Below are positions 59,038 through 64,000 of a stretch of 64,000 bases of DNA, in pieces. Position numbers and translations under genes: made by a program. Position 1 is the first letter of the stretch, and every line of letters begins with the position of its first letter. Location: IMG/VR virus record IMGVR_UViG_3300009103_000017, positions 9,907 to 73,906 of that record. The stretch is one strand, 5' to 3'. The stretch comes from a virus. A model generated the notes under the pieces. It was not told the origin of the DNA. It did no database searches and saw nothing but the letters and a program-made list of their open reading frames with translations.

Positions 59038-59436
59038 ATGAACATTAATGTAACAATAGTTCCAAACGATATAGATAAGATAGTTAAGATAGTTTTTTTT
59101 AACAATAAGAGGGAAATATTGATGTTGAAAAGAAATGAGAACCTAGAAAAACATCCTAATGAGTGGGACCTGCCAGGCGGACACTTAAGAAAGGGTGAAA
59201 AACATATAGAAGGGCTAATGAGAGAAGTGAAAGAAGAAACAGAAATAATAAACTTCGAGCCAACCTACTATAAAAAGCAGGGAAACAAGATATTCTATTT
59301 TGCTGAACTTAGAAATCAAATAATATCATTAAGCCATGAACACAAAGAATACAAGTTCTTTAGTGCTGAGCAGTTGAACTCCAGAGATAATTTTCAAAAA
59401 ATAGCTATCGAAGTATTGGAGCGTATCAGAAAATGA
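59038..59436 (+). CDS. NUDIX hydrolase
   Basis: WDLPGG.....E....GL.REVKEET. Confidence 0.9.
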   Translation: MNINVTIVPNDIDKIVKIVFFNNKREILMLKRNENLEKHPNEWDLPGGHLRKGEKHIEGLMREVKEETEIINFEPTYYKKQGNKIFYFAELRNQIISLSHEHKEYKFFSAEQLNSRDNFQKIAIEVLERIRK

Positions 59437-60245
59437 ATACTGTTGCTGCAAAGTGGAAAAAGTTTTTAAAAGAAGGAAAATTTGATTTCGAAGCCCTAAG
59501 GCCAAAAGATGATCTTGAACCTGCTTTTTGGCAGAATAGAGAACTAAATCCTAGAGTATTAAAACAACTTCTAATGATCGCCCAAGATATTATCGACTCC
59601 ATGAACATTCAAGCTAAAATTAAAGATGTTACATTCACTGGCTCTCTCGCATCACATAATTGGCACACGCTGTCTGACATAGATCTGCACATTATTATTG
59701 ATTTTTCCGAAATTGATGAAAATCTTAAGTTAGTTAAAAAAATGTTAGACCAATCTAGAATAAATTGGAACAAAGTTCACGATATTGTTATAGAAGGTCA
59801 TGAAGTCGAGCTATATTTTCAAGATATAAACGAGAGGCACGAATCACTGGGAGTATATTCCATTCTAAACGGCCAATGGATAGAAGAGCCGAGTAAAATG
59901 AGGGTTAACATCGATCTCCGCACCGCGGAAAAAAAGGCTGATGCCATACAAAACAATATAAAACACGTCTCGGACCTTTTTTCAGAAAAAAAGTTTGAGG
60001 AAGCATACTCCTATGCATCAAAAGTAAAAGAAAAAATAAAAAGAATGCGCCAATCGGGCCTAAGTAGGGAAGGGGTCTATTCTTCTGAGAATTTGGCATT
60101 CAAAATGTTGAGAAATAGCGGAGAATTAGAAAAATTATCTTCCCTAAAGGTATTTTCCTATGATAAAAAGATGTCTTTAAGTATAACTGAGGATAAAGAG
60201 TCCCGTTTTGATTCAAAATGGAGAAGTTTTATTAAAAATGTATAA
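59433..60245 (+). CDS. Pol-beta superfamily nucleotidyltransferase
   Basis: TGSLAS..W...SDIDLH, VELY. Confidence 0.75.
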   Translation: MNTVAAKWKKFLKEGKFDFEALRPKDDLEPAFWQNRELNPRVLKQLLMIAQDIIDSMNIQAKIKDVTFTGSLASHNWHTLSDIDLHIIIDFSEIDENLKLVKKMLDQSRINWNKVHDIVIEGHEVELYFQDINERHESLGVYSILNGQWIEEPSKMRVNIDLRTAEKKADAIQNNIKHVSDLFSEKKFEEAYSYASKVKEKIKRMRQSGLSREGVYSSENLAFKMLRNSGELEKLSSLKVFSYDKKMSLSITEDKESRFDSKWRSFIKNV

Positions 60246-60600
60246 ATATAATGCAACTTTAGTAAAAGTAATAGACGGCGATACCGTAGATGCCATCATT
60301 GACTTGGGGTTTAAAGTCTCCATCAGAGAAAGGATAAGGCTGTGGAAAATAGATGCTCCAGAAATAAGAAGCAAGAATAACAACGAAAAGACTCTAGGTA
60401 AGCTCGCGAAAAAGCGCTTAAAGGAGCTTTTAAGTAAAAAAAAAGGCAAATTTAAGCTAATTTCTCATGGATTTGGGAAATTTGGAAGGTGCTTGGGGGA
60501 AATATATGTTAATAACAGAAATATTAACAATTTATTATTAAAAGAAGGTCTAGTCAAGAAATATGGAGACCAAAGCGACGATGCCAATAATAAGGTGTAA
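60238..60600 (+). CDS. Thermonuclease (SNase family)
   Basis: VIDGDT, IRL..IDAPE, GKFGRCLG. Confidence 0.9.
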   Translation: MYKYNATLVKVIDGDTVDAIIDLGFKVSIRERIRLWKIDAPEIRSKNNNEKTLGKLAKKRLKELLSKKKGKFKLISHGFGKFGRCLGEIYVNNRNINNLLLKEGLVKKYGDQSDDANNKV

Positions 60601-62926
60601 AATAAAAGGCAAAACCGGTAGAAAGTGGGGTTCTTCTGGTAAATGTTATACTGGAAAGGATTCTAAGAAGAAGGCTTCCTCCCAAGCAGCAGCCGCATAT
60701 GCTGGTGGGTATACCAAGGAGGAGATAGACAAAGAGTTAGAACTCCATTTGTTGGAAGCTGAGCGTGATGCCAAAATACTTCGTAAGATTAATATCGATT
60801 TGATGAAAAAAGAGATCCCGAGAGATCCCGATGAGGAAATAAGGGATTATTTTTTGAGACTTCAGGATCTGGAGCAGCAAACCTCCCGAACCATCGGCGC
60901 TTTCCCCACCACACTCGTCGATTGGGTTCATGGCCTCACAGATGATCACTTCCCAAGAGATGGGCGCAAAATGTTTGCTAAGTGGCTTGGGAATACGATA
61001 TGGTATGAAGAGGTTGAAGGCGACAATAGAAGTAGGGTCTTCAATACGCAGTTTGTAAATCTCGAAGGATACAATAATGATATACGATACATTGTTGATT
61101 ATTTAAACGGCGCCGAAGACTTGCCAAAAGAGTTGTGGGACTTGTCCTTCCCGCAAATGTTTGAAAGGGCAGAAGAGTGGCACGAAACACTTAAGGGTGT
61201 TGAGGCCACCGGAGAATATGAAACGAAGAAGGTGGTCTATAGGTTCGAGAATGGATTCACCATAGTCCAAGTCCCACCAGAAGATTTAGAAGTTGAGGGG
61301 GAGTTTATGGGACACTGTGTTGGCACTTATTGTGACCCTGTGTCTGCTGGGGTTAAAGAGATTTATTCTCTAAGAGACGTGAAAAACCGCCCGCACGCAA
61401 CAATCGAAGTAAAGGCGGGGGAAAAGTTTACATTAGGTCCAGATGCCCCGGGAACCATTCAGCAAATAAAAGGAAAAGGAAATGCGACCCCCGCAGAGAA
61501 ATATAGACCTATGATAAAACAGTGGTTAAAAAGTACTGATTTGCCATACCAAGATAGCAGAGATTACTGGGATATTTTATCAGAAGAAGAAATTATAGGA
61601 ATGGTTGAATCTGGTGATTCCTCTATTCGGATGATTGGTGATCTAGCCAAAACTACCAAAAACGATCGAGTTATAGATTATTTTGTTGATGGGATCAATT
61701 CTCCTGAATTTTTAGATAAACTCTGGGTCGTAAATGACGTCGGTGCCCGAATCATGATTCGGGCCCTATCTGATAATAGATTTTTGAGCGAAGAGCAGGT
61801 ACTAAAAGTTGTAGAAACAGATCTCGAAATAGGCGCCCTTGGCGGAGAAGTAGAAGCTTTTTTTACTGAGACTTATTCAGAGTTTGAAGAGCGCAGACCC
61901 TCAGGTCGAAGAATGGGTCCATTAGTTTGGGAAAAGTTTCGAGATAAACTCAAGCAAAATATAGATGAAAACAAACTTGGATACATGAGTTCTATTGTAA
62001 AATATTCCGATAAAGAATCATTAAGTAGAGAAATTGTAAACTTCGTATTGAATGATCAGGTGGTAGATGCTTTGGTGAAACCTAAAGAAAATGTCCCTTA
62101 TGATACCAGCTTGGCAGCCAAAGGCAAGACCCCTGCTCTTTTTCGAGAATTATTACAGAATTACTTACTACACAATAAAGATGCTGACAGGGATACGCTT
62201 GTAAGAATATTTCATTTTACACGAACCTTAAAAGGGGAAATATTAGCAGGATCTTACGCATTGGATTCTTATGTGGCTAATTCCCGCGGCATCGCGTCCA
62301 GCGTAGTGGAAGGTATACTATCAGATAAATTAGATCCACCGGGACTTAATACAAAAAAGAATTTAATTTTAAACCCCTCTGTAGAAGAGAAGTATAAGTA
62401 TAGTATTTTAAAGAAAATGATGAGTGCCGATAACGATACTTATTCTCAACAGTCTGGGCATCCGATTGTGAAGCAACTGGGTCGACTAATATGGAGGGAT
62501 AAGCACGTTGTAAATCCAACAACCCTTGAGATGGAAAACCGACAAATATTTAGCGAAAAGTTTTTACTTTGGTGTTTGGACGCCAGCGTTTTCGATGGAG
62601 TCATCCAAGATAAGTCCCGCGTTTGGGCGACGGGACAGAAAGAACCCAGTTATATGGACATCAAAGAACATACAAGGAGAGAAATTATGGATTTATTTAA
62701 TGAACCAAAGGAAGAGGACTTCATAGACGAACAAGTTGATAAATATTTCAAAAAAAATATATTTTCTAATATCAAAAATTATGCGGGCCAAAAAGGAAAT
62801 TTAAAAGAACAAATAAGCTTTTATCTAAATCGTATAATCGACAAAGAATATTTAAAATTTGAAAATCATCCACAATCCACAGTAGAAAAGCTATTAAATG
62901 AGGAGGAGGGTGCACCATGGGATTAG
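60563..62926 (+). CDS. Large protein with PcfJ-like domain
   Basis: L.VEG..MGHCVG.Y...IYSLRD...PHATIEV...QIKGKGN. Confidence 0.65.
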   Translation: METKATMPIIRCKIKGKTGRKWGSSGKCYTGKDSKKKASSQAAAAYAGGYTKEEIDKELELHLLEAERDAKILRKINIDLMKKEIPRDPDEEIRDYFLRLQDLEQQTSRTIGAFPTTLVDWVHGLTDDHFPRDGRKMFAKWLGNTIWYEEVEGDNRSRVFNTQFVNLEGYNNDIRYIVDYLNGAEDLPKELWDLSFPQMFERAEEWHETLKGVEATGEYETKKVVYRFENGFTIVQVPPEDLEVEGEFMGHCVGTYCDPVSAGVKEIYSLRDVKNRPHATIEVKAGEKFTLGPDAPGTIQQIKGKGNATPAEKYRPMIKQWLKSTDLPYQDSRDYWDILSEEEIIGMVESGDSSIRMIGDLAKTTKNDRVIDYFVDGINSPEFLDKLWVVNDVGARIMIRALSDNRFLSEEQVLKVVETDLEIGALGGEVEAFFTETYSEFEERRPSGRRMGPLVWEKFRDKLKQNIDENKLGYMSSIVKYSDKESLSREIVNFVLNDQVVDALVKPKENVPYDTSLAAKGKTPALFRELLQNYLLHNKDADRDTLVRIFHFTRTLKGEILAGSYALDSYVANSRGIASSVVEGILSDKLDPPGLNTKKNLILNPSVEEKYKYSILKKMMSADNDTYSQQSGHPIVKQLGRLIWRDKHVVNPTTLEMENRQIFSEKFLLWCLDASVFDGVIQDKSRVWATGQKEPSYMDIKEHTRREIMDLFNEPKEEDFIDEQVDKYFKKNIFSNIKNYAGQKGNLKEQISFYLNRIIDKEYLKFENHPQSTVEKLLNEEEGAPWD

Positions 62927-63131
62927 GCGAAACGCTTATTTCTCTAGCCTTCCTGTCTGTGTTGATTTCCATTAATTTACTTTTAACACTTGAAAACAAA
63001 AGAATAAGAAAGGATATCTTATTAATAGCCAAAAATCCACAAAAAGCTAAAAGAGAAATATTAAGCAATCCAAGGTATAAAAATTTGAGTTAAATGGTAT
63101 AATAAGATTCAACTTTGAAAGGATAATTCAA

Positions 63132-64000
63132 ATGATCGCAGATGTTGTTGTAGACCTCCAGTATGGAGATTGTGGTAAAGGTAAAATTGCTCACGATTTA
63201 TGTAAAAAGAACGATTATACACATGTAATAAGATATAATGGTGGGTGCAATGCTGGGCACACCATATATCACCATGGAGAAAAATTTGTTACGCACCATA
63301 TACCATGTGGTGTGTTTTTTGGCATCACTTCCGTCATAGGTCCCGGATGTGTCATCCATCCAGATACTTTTTTTAAAGAAATAAGAGAATTAGAAGAAAG
63401 AGGCGTCCCAGCGGAAAAGATGGTTAAAGTCGCGCGAAATGCTCATATAATTACGGACTTTCACAAATCTCAAGATAAAAAGGATGATAGTATTGGCACC
63501 ACCAAGCAGGGAAACGGGCCGGCCTATCGAGACAAGTATGACAGAAGAGGGGTGAGGGCTGAAGAAGACCCTCGATTTCAACCCTACATTATAGACATGT
63601 ATGAAGAACTATATGAAAATGAGAATCACGACGACATTCAGATCTTATTCGAGGGAGCGCAAGGTTTTGGCCTAGACGTAGACTGGGGCGATTATCCTTT
63701 TGTGACTTCTTCTCATTGCACTGTTGGGTCAGCATTGTTAAACGGAGTTCCTCCAAAATGTGTGAGAGATGTGTGGGGGGTGGCGAAAATATACGAAACT
63801 TATGTTGGCGCTAAGAACTTTCAAGGTACCGAGGATGACGTATTTGATTTGATACGAGAAATAGGGCAAGAATACGGATCAACAACGGGGCGCCCGAGAC
63901 AAATCAACTGGATGGACTATGATTTGTTAAAAATGGCTGCACGTATAAATGGCATCAACAAACTTGTCCTAAATAAGATGGATGTATTGGAAGAAATAAA
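63132..64000 (+). CDS. purA: Adenylosuccinate synthetase, 3' truncated by the window
   Basis: QYGDCGKGK, RYNGGCNAGHT, IGTT..GNGPAY, FEGAQGF.LD, YG.TTGR.R. Confidence 0.93.
   Translation, partial: MIADVVVDLQYGDCGKGKIAHDLCKKNDYTHVIRYNGGCNAGHTIYHHGEKFVTHHIPCGVFFGITSVIGPGCVIHPDTFFKEIRELEERGVPAEKMVKVARNAHIITDFHKSQDKKDDSIGTTKQGNGPAYRDKYDRRGVRAEEDPRFQPYIIDMYEELYENENHDDIQILFEGAQGFGLDVDWGDYPFVTSSHCTVGSALLNGVPPKCVRDVWGVAKIYETYVGAKNFQGTEDDVFDLIREIGQEYGSTTGRPRQINWMDYDLLKMAARINGINKLVLNKMDVLEEI

Noticed and set aside
59433-60245. CCA-adding role for the nucleotidyltransferase, since the tRNA genes lack encoded CCA
   Set aside because: Only the generic GS...DxD motif is visible, and host enzymes could add CCA.
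63132-64000. PurZ (2-aminoadenine DNA pathway)
   Set aside because: The motif is GDCGKG with the PurA Asp retained; PurZ typically has Ser at that position.

Overview
This window is a fragment of a large (probably jumbo) dsDNA phage genome. Essentially all real genes are on the + strand and the genetic code is standard. 1-23.7 kb is a replication, nucleotide and proteostasis block (5'-3' exonuclease, DnaB-type helicase, class II RNR, DnaE, dUTPase, IMPDH/GMPR, GroES, GroEL, ClpP, glutaredoxin, IscA). About 24-45.4 kb is an accessory, likely early region of small genes with many sigma70-type promoters, a MoxR AAA/VWA pair, four tRNAs, a methyltransferase next to an MvaI/BcnI-like nuclease, and two candidate structured RNAs. 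44.6-45.9 kb is coding-poor and dense in GTAGG/CCTAC motifs and inverted repeats (possible genome end, packaging site or origin). 45.9-64 kb holds likely late or virion-associated genes with shared N-terminal leaders, plus a partial purA. Myxobacterial-type proteins suggest a Myxococcota or Bdellovibrionota host (inference). The most striking feature is an array at 33.9-38.5 kb of about 20 divergent 50-75 aa 'MKVGDLV...EVISESR' microgenes. They are joined by a conserved ~30 bp junction that serves at once as RBS, start codon and the upstream gene's stop, and the array begins right after a tRNA cluster. All family assignments come from motif recognition by eye; no searches were run.
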